The notes under the pieces: model-generated
Databases searched by the model: none
Seen by the model: only the letters and a program-made list of their open reading frames with translations
Told to the model about the DNA's origin: nothing
Assembly (NCBI GenBank): GCA_030295235.1
Contig: AP026167.1
Span: 496,001-560,000 of the forward strand
DNA: 64,000 nt
Origin: Fistulifera solaris
Lineage: Eukaryota
Direction: 5' to 3'
Made by a program: the position numbers and the translations under genes
Part shown: in pieces, positions 36,243-46,700 of the stretch
Layout of the letters: every line of letters starts with the position of its first letter
Position numbering within the stretch: the stretch's first letter is position 1

Positions 36243-37229
36243 ATGCTTTCTTCGGGATGCAAAAAGTAAAAGCAACCGCCGTAAGTAGAATGTCAACAAG
36301 CGTGATCGAACCGGTGTGCTCGTCGCGTACCTTTCTCATCCCCCATTCCACTCGGGTCATTTGCAGGTTGCACGTGCTTTAACTTGTACTTTCTCTACAG
36401 TTGAGTTGAAAAAGACGATCTCTCCCAAGTCGGAGAACATTAAATACTTCAAAGTTTATCGATGGGACCCAGAACAAAGTCAAAAACCTTACCTTAGCAC
36501 ATACCCTGTGGATCTCAACGACTGCGGACCGATGGTGCTCGATGCACTGATCAAAATCAAAAATGAACAGGATCCTTCACTTACGTTTCGTCGCTCCTGT
36601 CGTGAAGGTATTTGCGGCTCATGTGCTATGAACATTGATGGAGTCAACAATCTGGCCTGCTTGTCGTACATTGAAAAGGATACCTCCAAAGCGACCAAAA
36701 TCTATCCTCTGCCGCACATGTACGTGATTAAAGATCTCGTCCCGGATATGGGCAACTTTTACGAGCAGTATCGTAGCATTGAGCCGTGGTTGCAACCGGG
36801 GCAGGAAAAGAAACCTGGTCAAGGCGAGTACTTGCAATCGGAGCAGGATCGTGCCAAGTTGGATGGCATGTACGAGTGCATTTTATGCGCTTGCTGCAGC
36901 ACAGCGTGTCCTAGTTATTGGTGGAACGCCGACAAGTATCTGGGACCTGCGGTTTTGATGCAAGGTAGGTTTGAAAGGTTTGGAGTAACTCGATTGTATT
37001 GTTGTTTTGTTCTAACAACGTTCATCCTTCTCGGTACGAATGAAAACTAGCGTATCGGTGGATCGAAGATAGTCGCGATGGATCTACTGCGAAACGCCTT
37101 GCTGACTTGGACGATGCCTTCAAGCTGTATCGCTGCCACACCATCATGAACTGTACCAAAGTTTGCCCCAAACATTTGAATCCTGGAAAAGCCATTGCGA
37201 GTATCAAGAAAAGGCTTGCTGATCATTAG
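36243..37229 (+). CDS. SDHB: Succinate dehydrogenase iron-sulfur subunit
   Basis: [36 protein letters not shown]; introns 36281-36366 and 36965-37050; exon 1 needs one extra A. Confidence 0.95.
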
Positions 37230-37719
37230 AAATTAGCACCAGTAGTATCATAAATATGTTTGAGTGATTATTCGGTGCACTTTTCTAACTTCTTTACGTT
37301 ACTCATTTTGAGGAGGTATTTTGTATAATCCGAGTAATTTTTTATAGTGAGTGTGTACCTAGCCAACGATGGAGCATCTACAAGCTACTAGACCGAACCA
37401 AAATGAAATAGGTTCTGATAACATTATTGGATTAAAAGACCTTACTTTTGATCTCTTTCATTCGTTTAGCTCTCTTGACGTATCGCGCGGCTCAACTATG
37501 GACTATTAACAAGCAAGCTACCTTTGGGTGAAGACGCCGTTTTGCACTACCTGAGCTGTTCTCCTGATTTCTGCTCGTCTTTATCATGCAGCTTTCGCTA
37601 TTTTTTGAGCCCCATGAATCGCTGAGTCAGCACTGCCACTTTGTGTCAAAATGACTGGCCGCAAAGCAGAAGATCAACCGTAGTCAATGACCTATTAAGC
37701 CCAGACAACAACATCTCGA

Positions 37720-38544
37720 TCACGCTGCAGCGGCAGATATCTCCTCCGATCGGGGATAGAAACAAGCATTCTGTATAAAAATATCTGTTTCTTCCTCCGA
37801 CGCAAAATCGTTCAATTGCAGACATCCAATTGACTCGAGATGATAGGCAATCTCCTCGCAGTACTCCTCGGCAAAAGAGTATGAGCAATGGTACGCATGA
37901 ATGTGACCGATGTTATTCAGCGCTGCCAAGAGCGGTAGCTTTGTCATAATTCCTATCGCACTTGGTATTGGTTGGCTGCTCAGCATGTCATCTAATATTT
38001 TGAAGGTCATGTTGTAATACTCAAGCGCGCTCGTCAGGAGACTCGATTTACACAGATAGACGCCTCCCATGTGATAAGAAAGTCCGATGTTGTACGAAAG
38101 TACACCGATTATGAGCAGCTTGTCTTCGTAGCTGTTCGGTACACCCATCTTTTCAGCGCCAATGGCCCTATCAAAGAATTGATATACGTCATTGGATAAG
38201 GTAGAAGCGGTCTTGCTACAATTTGTGATGGCCACGCTGTATATTCTTCCCTTTCTGGCCGCTTTTTGTCGTTGTCTAAAGTAAGAGTCTTGCTTGTAAG
38301 ATGAGCAAACAAGAAGATTTTCTCCACCTGTAACTTCCTGCGCTAGAACATCGATAGCTATAAAATCTTTAGCGGGAGAGTGATCGTCCCCTTCCACTTC
38401 ACTCAGTAGCAAAAGCGTCATCGCTCTCAAGAAGATTTCCGCGCCGTGAGCGAATTCGCCTTCTTTCAAAAGTTGTATCCCTTTCGAGTTCAACTCCGTA
38501 ATTTGATCAGCAACATAGTTCTCGCAAGTTCTCTCATTTCCCAT
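37720..38544 (-). CDS. Diatom-type helical (TPR-like) protein ending in SAAAA
   Basis: 274-aa ORF; 'SYNIGLSYH', 'ALEYY', 'ALNNIGHI'. Confidence 0.7.
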   Translation of the reverse strand: MGNERTCENYVADQITELNSKGIQLLKEGEFAHGAEIFLRAMTLLLLSEVEGDDHSPAKDFIAIDVLAQEVTGGENLLVCSSYKQDSYFRQRQKAARKGRIYSVAITNCSKTASTLSNDVYQFFDRAIGAEKMGVPNSYEDKLLIIGVLSYNIGLSYHMGGVYLCKSSLLTSALEYYNMTFKILDDMLSSQPIPSAIGIMTKLPLLAALNNIGHIHAYHCSYSFAEEYCEEIAYHLESIGCLQLNDFASEEETDIFIQNACFYPRSEEISAAAA

Positions 38545-38921
38545 GGTTGCCCTTTGCTGGTCTTCGTTTATGCCTTTTCTTTTCGGTAGGTATTTGCTTT
38601 TCTTTCTTGAAACGGAGGCTAGTTGCTTCTTGTTTTTACCGTCATGAGGAGGTTGATAGCGATGAACGTGATGTTGTTTGTTCGTTCGGTTGGATGCCTT
38701 TGAGTATCTTTTTTGAACTATATTAGCTATAGTGTTGATCCGGAAGGGTCAACGAAAGAAAACGTCGAAGCTGCGAAGAACCATGTTCGGGATGTTCTTC
38801 GAAAGAATGTCCGAAATGTAGACAGCTTAAGTGTACGCATACACTCGCGTCGTAGGGGTACCCGTCAAAGACTGAATGAATAAGAATGGGCAACGGGGAC
38901 GACCGACTACAAGGTACAGCA

Positions 38922-38984
38922 CAGGAAACGGCGTTAAAATTCTGCCTCGTAAACGCTACGTAGAAACTTGTATGCCCTTTCCAG
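38922..38984. repeat. Truncated copy of the hairpin element at 45264-45348
   Basis: CAGGAAACGGCGTTAAAATTCTGCCTCGT (29 nt) identical to 45264-45292, followed by similar GCTACGTAGAAACTTGTA and CCTTTCCAG. Confidence 0.8.
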
Positions 38985-39219
38985 GGCTTTAGAGTGTCGA
39001 CTAGCGAGACTTTACGGCTAGCCTCTCAACTAAAACTTTGATTGTTCAGCCTATGCAATATTCTTTGTCTCCAAGTCTAGTTTTGTGGTAATCATCTATG
39101 ATTGTTTCCATTCTCATCAGGATAAATGTCATCACCAACTAGAAATGATATCGGAAAACAGGCCCAACTTTCAAACGCCGACGCTATTCATATTCAGCAT
39201 TAATTAGGTTATGATACAT

Positions 39220-42200
39220 TTACAATCCATCGAAAAACGATGGCATGCCAACTGTCGCGGCCCCAATTGTGGAATTCATTTGTTTGGCGATTTTCTCGCT
39301 GGCTTTTCTTTCTTGGCGCGCTTTCTCGGTCATCTTAAAACCTCTAAGATCAACGCTGTCATAAAATAGAGCTTTCTTGGTTTCCTCGTCCCACCGAGGA
39401 ACTTCCACGGTTGTTATATCGTCATCAAATGAAACGGATCGACCTAGGGAGCGCTTTTTAGACAAATGAGGTGATGCGACTATACTCCCTTCTGAGTTAG
39501 AACGCTTTAATGGGGGTGTTGGTCGCCGAATCGTTTCATCACAGGTTTCATCAATTGAATTTGTTACCAGGTTCCGGTCATGAAAGACACTAATACCCCG
39601 GCCCTTTTCGGGTTCATTTATGGGCGGCGCTTGCTCGTCGCTAGCAGGACCAGGTAACGGCACGCTTGATTTGGGTTTTGGCAAAGGCACAGACAGCCGT
39701 TCCTCATTTTGGCTGTCGTCACCCTCGGTCGTTTCATCCTGTGTGCCGTAACGGTCATCATCATCATCATCATCATCATCGCTAGATGACTCGTCAAATT
39801 CATTGGACATCTCTTCTGGCTCAGTGGAAGATTCCTCGGCTTCACTTGATGATCCCTCCTCTTCACTTGTTTCCTCTTCACTAGAAGCCGATGATTCCTC
39901 GCTAGATTCTTCTTCTTCCTCAGATTCCTCTTCCTCGCTCGATTCTTCAATGGATTTACAACTGACTTTCTCCTCTTGTTTTGGTTCTTGTTCCAACGAT
40001 TCTTCTCGTATGTAAGACAATTTCTCTACGTTGCGCATGGCTTTTATTGCTTTTGATGTAAGGAGAAGCTCCTCGAGGGGGTCCGAAATCGAAATCTCAG
40101 ACACATCAAGGTCTGGGTTGTCAAGTACGAGGGTAACGTAATCTGAATAGTCGGAGACCACAGATTGATCGTCGTCCGTTCGAGCTGGCTCATCTGCAAC
40201 TTTCATTGTAGACGCAGAAGTATCAGGTTGTGGAACGTCGTCTTCTAAACAAGTTCGTGTGGGGCTTGATAAGGGAACGTCCATGATCACAGGACATGCG
40301 TCGCTGCTACTCGCTATTTCGGGCGTCTCCGAGAGAGGGATATCACCCATATTGCATGGAATCAAAACGTCGATTTCTTGGGTAGTGAGCTGGTCTTGCT
40401 TCCCAACACTTTCTTCCGTATCTCTCCCGACAGCGACGCTGATTTGACCGCTTTCGCTAGAAGCAAAACCAGTGACGTCTTCAAACTGAGCGATATCTAT
40501 CATGGTTGAAGTTTCAGCTCGAGGGCTCTTAAAAGTAGGTTGAACGCTTGCACTCTGTTGAAATTCTAAAGTAGGCAAGTCGCACTCCACATAATCGCAT
40601 TGAGCGTCGCATCCAGACGGAGGACCTTGCTCCTCACTTTTGCTTTCGTCTATATACTTCCCGGTGCGATGCACTGCATGTCGACTCTCAGGCCGATCGT
40701 CAAGATTGCGATTGCTGTCATCGGAGCCGTCTATTTGTGAGTTGAAACGAGTATCGGAATGATCAGTAATCTTGGCATCACTTATTCCGTTGTTCTGGCT
40801 CATATTTGCATCAACGTCATTACTGACGCTATTTTCTCCCAGTCTCTCATCAGAGTTGGCAAATGCAACATACGTGCGACTTTCTGTTTCAACTACGGGT
40901 TCATTCATATAATGCTGATTGAACTCAGATGCAACGGCAGCAGTCTCTCCTAGAATATCGAGGTCATCTACGCTTTTGGTTTCACTAATACTGTGAGCTG
41001 CAATATTTGCCTGATCTTCATAATGATATTCATCTGATGTCGAGCCCCGATAATCGCTTCCGTTTGGAGCCACTTCCCTCAATTCTGCTGAAATACTGTA
41101 TCCCATAGCTGAATGATTCTGATATTTTCCATGGTCCTCTATTTCTTCGGACACCTTATCAGCGGAAGTCCTGCCAGAAAGACTAATCTGATTCGTAATG
41201 TCTTCCGAATAAAGCCTTATGTGGTTTTCAAGATCATCATTGGTAATTGGCAGATCTGTAACATTTTCACTGTCCGCGATTTCTGTAGTCATCTCATAGA
41301 GAATCTCTGTTTTGTTGTCGATTAAGTCATCAGCACCATCTTCACTCTGCCCCGCGGCTTTCAGCGTTTCGACTTCAGCGGAAGGGATTGTTTGCTTTGC
41401 GCTTTGATCCCCATTCTCTGGTGGGTTGCTGTTGTCTTCAGGGAAGTCTGAAACCAGTGCACTTTCGACATGGCTTGCAACAAGCTGTTTTTTGCTGTCC
41501 AATTCTTGTTGAGTAGATACAGGCCCGACCGCGTGATTAACTTCGTCGACTTTCAGTTGGTGATGACTGAGCGAGTCACTGCTGAGTACTTCCGTGGACT
41601 CGAAGTGCCTTGATAAGAGAGTTTGTTCAGCATTGTCAAGATACTTCTCGGTTTCGGCTTTCACACGGCATTCTTGTTCTGAACGACTGTTTGGGGTCTG
41701 ACACTCTTCAGATACAGATTCAATCGATTGATGAAGGCCCTCCTCGTGTAAAACTTCATTGTTGGTAGCATCTCCCTGCGCTGATAGTACAGGATTTTGC
41801 ACTCGAGGAGATGAGAATACCTGTCTTTCTACTTGTTTCACGTCAACGGCTTCAGAAGCATCAGAGAATCTTTCACCCTCTTTCCCCAAAACTTGGTTAG
41901 AAATCTGGACATCGATTGCGCGGTGCTGCTCGTCTCCATCGCACTGAAAATTTCCAAGTACGTCTTTGGTTTCCTCCATTTCTTCGTCAAGTGATAATTC
42001 GATATGGTCGTTTACGATCGATGGGTCGGAAGTGGAAGACGAAAAACTATCGTCCGTTAATAGCGGCTCAAACCGAATCGTTCCTATGATCGTCGGATGA
42101 CTTAGAGGTAAAGTTCCATAAAGGTCCTTCCATTCCCTTTGAAACTTTTTAGCTGTTTCTTCCATATGGATTTGCTTCAAATAAGCCAGAACTGCCACCG

Positions 42201-44007
42201 CCGTGTTTATTTGAGAAGCACCATCCACTGGATATTGTGAAGGCCCGTCTATGGACAAAGGCTTAGACTTTGTTGCATTCTTCGACAAAGGCTTTGTACC
42301 GTTTTCCAATTGGAAAGAAGGTATTTTGCTTGGAAGCATCTTTTCAAATCGTTCTTCTATTTGCTTCCTTTGTCTATTTCTTTTGCTTCGTAAGCTCTCA
42401 AGACGACTCGAATCTTCGGCGTTACATTCTTTTCCTCGCATGTTATCAGCCGGCCGTGTATCGCTACATTCGGAATGGGTAATGACTGACATACTTCCTT
42501 CTGAAATAGTGACAGATATATCGTGTGCCGCTCTTTTGTTTTGACCAATGGGATTATTGCGTCGGTGCATTTTAGCGGAACCGTCCGACAGACTTGATGC
42601 AGCGTCTATGATCATTGACTCGGATGCTTTATTAAGCAAGGAAAGCAAGTTCCGACCATCTCGTTGACGCAATACGGCTCTATTTGAATCAAAGTCGCTA
42701 TCAATGCTCGAGTCACCTGAATCCCCCGAGAGTTGGTTTTGTCGTCTTGACGATTGTAGGGAGGGCCGACCAGTCGACTCTGCGTTGTTCTCAGATTTAC
42801 TATGAGAAAACGACGCGCTACATGCGCTATTTATGATCGATTCATCTCCCGAGTTCATCGTATCAATAGTTGAATTCTCGCTCTTATATGTATTGACATT
42901 CCCAATCGCTGAACGATTGTTTTCGGCTTTCTCATCAAACGACAGCTGTTTGATCGTGCGATGGCTGTGATGTCCTAAATTTCTACTGTGATGAGATTCA
43001 GGATTCTCTTCCTCCTTTTCAGCACTACGAAAGGACTGAGGAACGGCGGCGCCATTCAGTCTTTCGTTTCTTGTGGGTCGTCGTACTTCATAGGAGGAAG
43101 ATGACGACGAGGAAGAAGAAGAATCGAGTGAAAGGTTATTGTGTGCAGTGTAATCCTCAAAAACAGGCTGACTCGCTTGATTGCGAACAGGTGAATGGCT
43201 TTTCTTAGACTGTGGTCTTTCTTGCCCACTAAGTTGAGAATGTTGTGAGGAGACATTATGGAGAGGACCCTTAGGTGAGACCTCATCCAAAGCATGCGAA
43301 CTCGATTCGGATTCCGAATCATCCTCATCTACTAGAGGTTTACCTCTTGTTTTGCTTTGTGTGCTCGGGGGAGGCGTTGGCGGAAAAGGTGTCTGATTTT
43401 CGATCTTCGTTATGCCCCGAGCTTGCGTTGCCGCCGAAGTGCTTGTTGACGCAGAACCCGGTTCCAACATAATCTTTTTTACTACCTTGGTTGGTGACTT
43501 TCTTACAACAGGAATCTTTTTGAGAGGTGAGGAAGGCAACAATGTCTTGACCTTTGGTATCGGTTGTGTTCTTCTTTCGACGACCTTCAATGGCGAAACT
43601 CGGGTCGGTGAGGATCGAGTCGTAACCGTCTGTACTCTCACTGGACTACGTGGCTGTCCGTTTCTCTGTGTCTTTTGATTGTTCGATGTTCTTGTGGGAT
43701 CATCTCGCGGCTTGCTTTTCGCTTTTCGTTTCTTTACTCGCAATTCCAACAAACGGATTTCCGCTAGTAGTTTTTGTTCTTCTAATCGGGCCAGTTCTTG
43801 CTTTAGCAAATCCAGACGATCACCTTCTTGTTTACAAGATGATGCAACACTAGTCGAAGCAGAGTCAGTACCATCCGTTCCGGCATTTACTGTCTTCGCT
43901 GGAATAAATCGGTTGCTGGCACGGTCGAATACCCATTTTTGCACATCTTTTCGACTCTGGGGATTCGCTTGACCATTGATGCCCGTTGCGCGATATAGTC
44001 CTACCAT
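39220..44007 (-). CDS. Large mostly disordered Ser/Glu-rich protein with LisH-like motif and C-terminal RVxF-like motif
   Basis: Uninterrupted 1595-aa ORF; 'AVLAYLKQIHMEETAKKFQRE' (LisH-like); 'RSVSFDDDITTVEV'. Confidence 0.75.
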   Translation of the reverse strand: MVGLYRATGINGQANPQSRKDVQKWVFDRASNRFIPAKTVNAGTDGTDSASTSVASSCKQEGDRLDLLKQELARLEEQKLLAEIRLLELRVKKRKAKSKPRDDPTRTSNNQKTQRNGQPRSPVRVQTVTTRSSPTRVSPLKVVERRTQPIPKVKTLLPSSPLKKIPVVRKSPTKVVKKIMLEPGSASTSTSAATQARGITKIENQTPFPPTPPPSTQSKTRGKPLVDEDDSESESSSHALDEVSPKGPLHNVSSQHSQLSGQERPQSKKSHSPVRNQASQPVFEDYTAHNNLSLDSSSSSSSSSSYEVRRPTRNERLNGAAVPQSFRSAEKEEENPESHHSRNLGHHSHRTIKQLSFDEKAENNRSAIGNVNTYKSENSTIDTMNSGDESIINSACSASFSHSKSENNAESTGRPSLQSSRRQNQLSGDSGDSSIDSDFDSNRAVLRQRDGRNLLSLLNKASESMIIDAASSLSDGSAKMHRRNNPIGQNKRAAHDISVTISEGSMSVITHSECSDTRPADNMRGKECNAEDSSRLESLRSKRNRQRKQIEERFEKMLPSKIPSFQLENGTKPLSKNATKSKPLSIDGPSQYPVDGASQINTAVAVLAYLKQIHMEETAKKFQREWKDLYGTLPLSHPTIIGTIRFEPLLTDDSFSSSTSDPSIVNDHIELSLDEEMEETKDVLGNFQCDGDEQHRAIDVQISNQVLGKEGERFSDASEAVDVKQVERQVFSSPRVQNPVLSAQGDATNNEVLHEEGLHQSIESVSEECQTPNSRSEQECRVKAETEKYLDNAEQTLLSRHFESTEVLSSDSLSHHQLKVDEVNHAVGPVSTQQELDSKKQLVASHVESALVSDFPEDNSNPPENGDQSAKQTIPSAEVETLKAAGQSEDGADDLIDNKTEILYEMTTEIADSENVTDLPITNDDLENHIRLYSEDITNQISLSGRTSADKVSEEIEDHGKYQNHSAMGYSISAELREVAPNGSDYRGSTSDEYHYEDQANIAAHSISETKSVDDLDILGETAAVASEFNQHYMNEPVVETESRTYVAFANSDERLGENSVSNDVDANMSQNNGISDAKITDHSDTRFNSQIDGSDDSNRNLDDRPESRHAVHRTGKYIDESKSEEQGPPSGCDAQCDYVECDLPTLEFQQSASVQPTFKSPRAETSTMIDIAQFEDVTGFASSESGQISVAVGRDTEESVGKQDQLTTQEIDVLIPCNMGDIPLSETPEIASSSDACPVIMDVPLSSPTRTCLEDDVPQPDTSASTMKVADEPARTDDDQSVVSDYSDYVTLVLDNPDLDVSEISISDPLEELLLTSKAIKAMRNVEKLSYIREESLEQEPKQEEKVSCKSIEESSEEEESEEEEESSEESSASSEEETSEEEGSSSEAEESSTEPEEMSNEFDESSSDDDDDDDDDRYGTQDETTEGDDSQNEERLSVPLPKPKSSVPLPGPASDEQAPPINEPEKGRGISVFHDRNLVTNSIDETCDETIRRPTPPLKRSNSEGSIVASPHLSKKRSLGRSVSFDDDITTVEVPRWDEETKKALFYDSVDLRGFKMTEKARQERKASEKIAKQMNSTIGAATVGMPSFFDGL

Positions 44008-44315
44008 AATCTAAAGGTAAGGTTTTGTTTAAGAGTAGATCGGTGACACGCGGTAACTTTTAGCACAACAATTGTGTTGGATGCTTTCGGCTTGGTTTTC
44101 GATATGGCATGTCGAAAGTCGAAAGTCATCAAAGGCACTAAAAAGTGCGCGACGTGACGGACGCAGAATTCTGGAGGGAGGTTTGTGACTTTTGACTGTA
44201 ATTCTCTTTGTAGTTTGTACTTTAAATACCAAATGTCTAACTCTCGAATGTCCGTTGAGAAAAACAACCTTCAAAGATCAGTATAATATTAATGTGAATA
44301 CGGAAGTGTCGTGGG

Positions 44316-45024
44316 TCATAGAATAGGACATCGGTCATAAGTTGCGAAGAAATGTACGGAGCAAAAAACTGGACTACTGATAACGATCCCCATTCGCTTG
44401 GGCAAAGGCAGTAAATTGTTTAAAGTGTACGCCGCTTTTCGTATTTCGTGACCCAAAGTAAACGCCAAGGGCGAATTGAGCAAACGACGAGGATCTGTGG
44501 GATCAATATAATTGAAACGCATGGCATTGGAATTGGAGTTGCGCAAGTCTTCTTGCAAGGGACTCAATTGCTGATAACAGGATTGACAAACGCGCAACGG
44601 TTCTCGCGCTAATTTAAAACGCTCTTCCAATCCCTTTCCGTACAATAGTTCTTTGTTATCGGCCGCCAAGTAGGTCAACATCCGATCAGGATCCTCGTCC
44701 GGAGAGAAACTATCGTGTAACGCGGAGCGCGGTTTGGCCTTTTGCCCCCCTCCGGTGTCAGCACGATGCTGCTCGGTGGGATGAGGGCTTTTGCTGACTG
44801 CATTTTCCGCAAAATATCTTGCCACACATTCGACAATGATGTTTACGATTCATAGCATTGAAGATCGATTTGCAACCGGAACAGTGTTTGGCGAGATCAT
44901 CGAATTGCCATGGCGACGAGAGTGTAGCGACGCTGGCCGGGCGGTGATTCGAAGACAGGACCGAAGCCGGTTCGTTCAAAATACTTTCGCCTTCGTCCAC
45001 ATCTTCCGGTGGTAGTACAATCAT
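44316..45024 (-). CDS. FYVE zinc-finger protein, apparently truncated FYVE-SYLF-type gene
   Basis: 'WQFD..CSGC..RKHHCRMCGKIFCGKCS' then 'RVCQSC' in the second ORF (frameshift near 44790); ends shortly after 'EIRKAAYTL'. Confidence 0.65.
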
Positions 45025-45263
45025 TTCTTCGAATACTCCTTTGTTAGCTGAATTGTAAAAAAATAAGGGTTAGAAAGAGACTTCAAGTCGAATCAAGTCT
45101 GTCGTGTAATGTACAGCATCATGGTGGCTTTTTTTCGATCGATTGTTGCGATTCACGCCAGAGAATGCAGTACAGTACATGTGGAACGAACGCAAGAGTG
45201 TTGTTACGCGCTATACTAAGTACCGGTACCGTACCGGTACCGTACGTAGTAACCTTGTACTTG

Positions 45264-45348
45264 CAGGAAACGGCGTTAAAATTCTGCCTCGTCGTGGATG
45301 CTAAGTAGAATCTTGTACTAGAGGCAGAATTTTAACGTCCTTTTCCAG
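45264..45348. mobile_element. Small inverted-repeat (MITE-like) element
   Basis: Perfect 17-bp inverted repeat CGTTAAAATTCTGCCTC (45274-45290) / GAGGCAGAATTTTAACG (45321-45337) with 30-nt spacer, extendable imperfectly outward; partial second copy at 38922; no clear TSD seen. Confidence 0.5.
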
Positions 45349-45580
45349 TTATTGTTCTGTGATGAAAGATGACGATTGCTTCGTGACCCCCGCCCAAGAA
45401 TGAAAAAGATTCGTTTCGCCGTTGTTGCGTTCGGCTCGCAAAAAAAATCTTTTGTGTCGTTTCCTTTCGGCTGCCTTTGTAAATGTCGTCGATCGACATG
45501 CTTCGATAGAACATCGTCTACATCGCGAACTAATCCATTCGAATAACGTATTCACTAGAAATGCCATCGAGTGGGAATGA

Positions 45581-46527
45581 ATGATAAGCCCCAATAAGAT
45601 TGTTTCGTATCCTCTTGGTCACGAAGAATCCGGATCGCTGCACGTCTTTGGAAACGCGAAAGATGCCACCAATGTTGTTATCATGTGCCCCGGATATCCC
45701 GATGATCAGACGGTATTTTATCCTCTCGCTCAGCGCTTGTCAGCACTCGGATTGCTGGTAGGAATTGTCTGTTTGCCGGGATACGATCGAACTCTGCGTC
45801 ACGATCTGTGGAGTTTTCTCGACATTGCCGACGGCCTGCGCGAAGCCATTCAGAGTGCTACGCCAAAATGTTCAACCGGAATTGAAACTTTTGGTATTTT
45901 TCATGATTGGGGCTGTGTAGTGGGGACCATGTACGCTAACCGCGCCGTGGCGATTAAAGATCGGGAGGAATTGATTCCGGATCGCCTCATCCTGCTGGAT
46001 GTCTTGTTGTCTCCTCGAGGCGCTCGTCGCTCTTCGTTGTCAAAGAGAACTGTCTATCAAGGAATGGTGTTCGTCTTGTATCAAATTCCTCTCGCCTTTG
46101 CGTTTTGGTTTCATCGATACATTTCGAAAACCCTAGCATGTGCTGTTTTGTCGATGACAGGACTTGTCATACCTTTATTGTTGTTGAATCATCCCACGGA
46201 TTTGAAACACCTAGAAGAACGGCAAGCGCTCCAGGCACCACAGTTGGCATATCCTTACTATCACGCCTGGAAGTCTCTCTTCACGTTGCAAACGAAGGAA
46301 TTTGCGTACTGCTATCTGCCCAAGGATTTGACCAGCATGCCCGTTTTGTTTCTCCACGGTCAGCACAAAAGATACCATTGCATGTTCAACAAGGTGAAGA
46401 TGTGTTGAACCGAGAGCACGACAAAGGGAATAAGTCCAAAGTAGTGGCGATGCCGAACGGTGGGCATTGGTTTTACTTGTCCAATCTCGATGAATGCTGG
46501 GGTCACATTGAGGCATTCCTCAAGTAG
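45581..46527 (+). CDS. Alpha/beta hydrolase (epoxide hydrolase-like)
   Basis: 'PGYPD', 'LPGY', nucleophile elbow 'HDWG', 'PVLFLHG', 'GGHW' in the shifted C-terminal frame (shift near 46395). Confidence 0.8.
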
Positions 46528-46700
46528 GTTCTTGCAAACAGCCATTTGTATTGCGCACTCCGTTGTGGCTTTCTTTTGACTACTTGAACCGATCCGCAAG
46601 AGAAAGCAACAACTCTACTTTTGTTTGAAATTCGTTCTATTGTGCATGTCCCTCCGAATTATAAGAATAGTCTACACGAAGTTTAAGGTGAAGTAATTTC

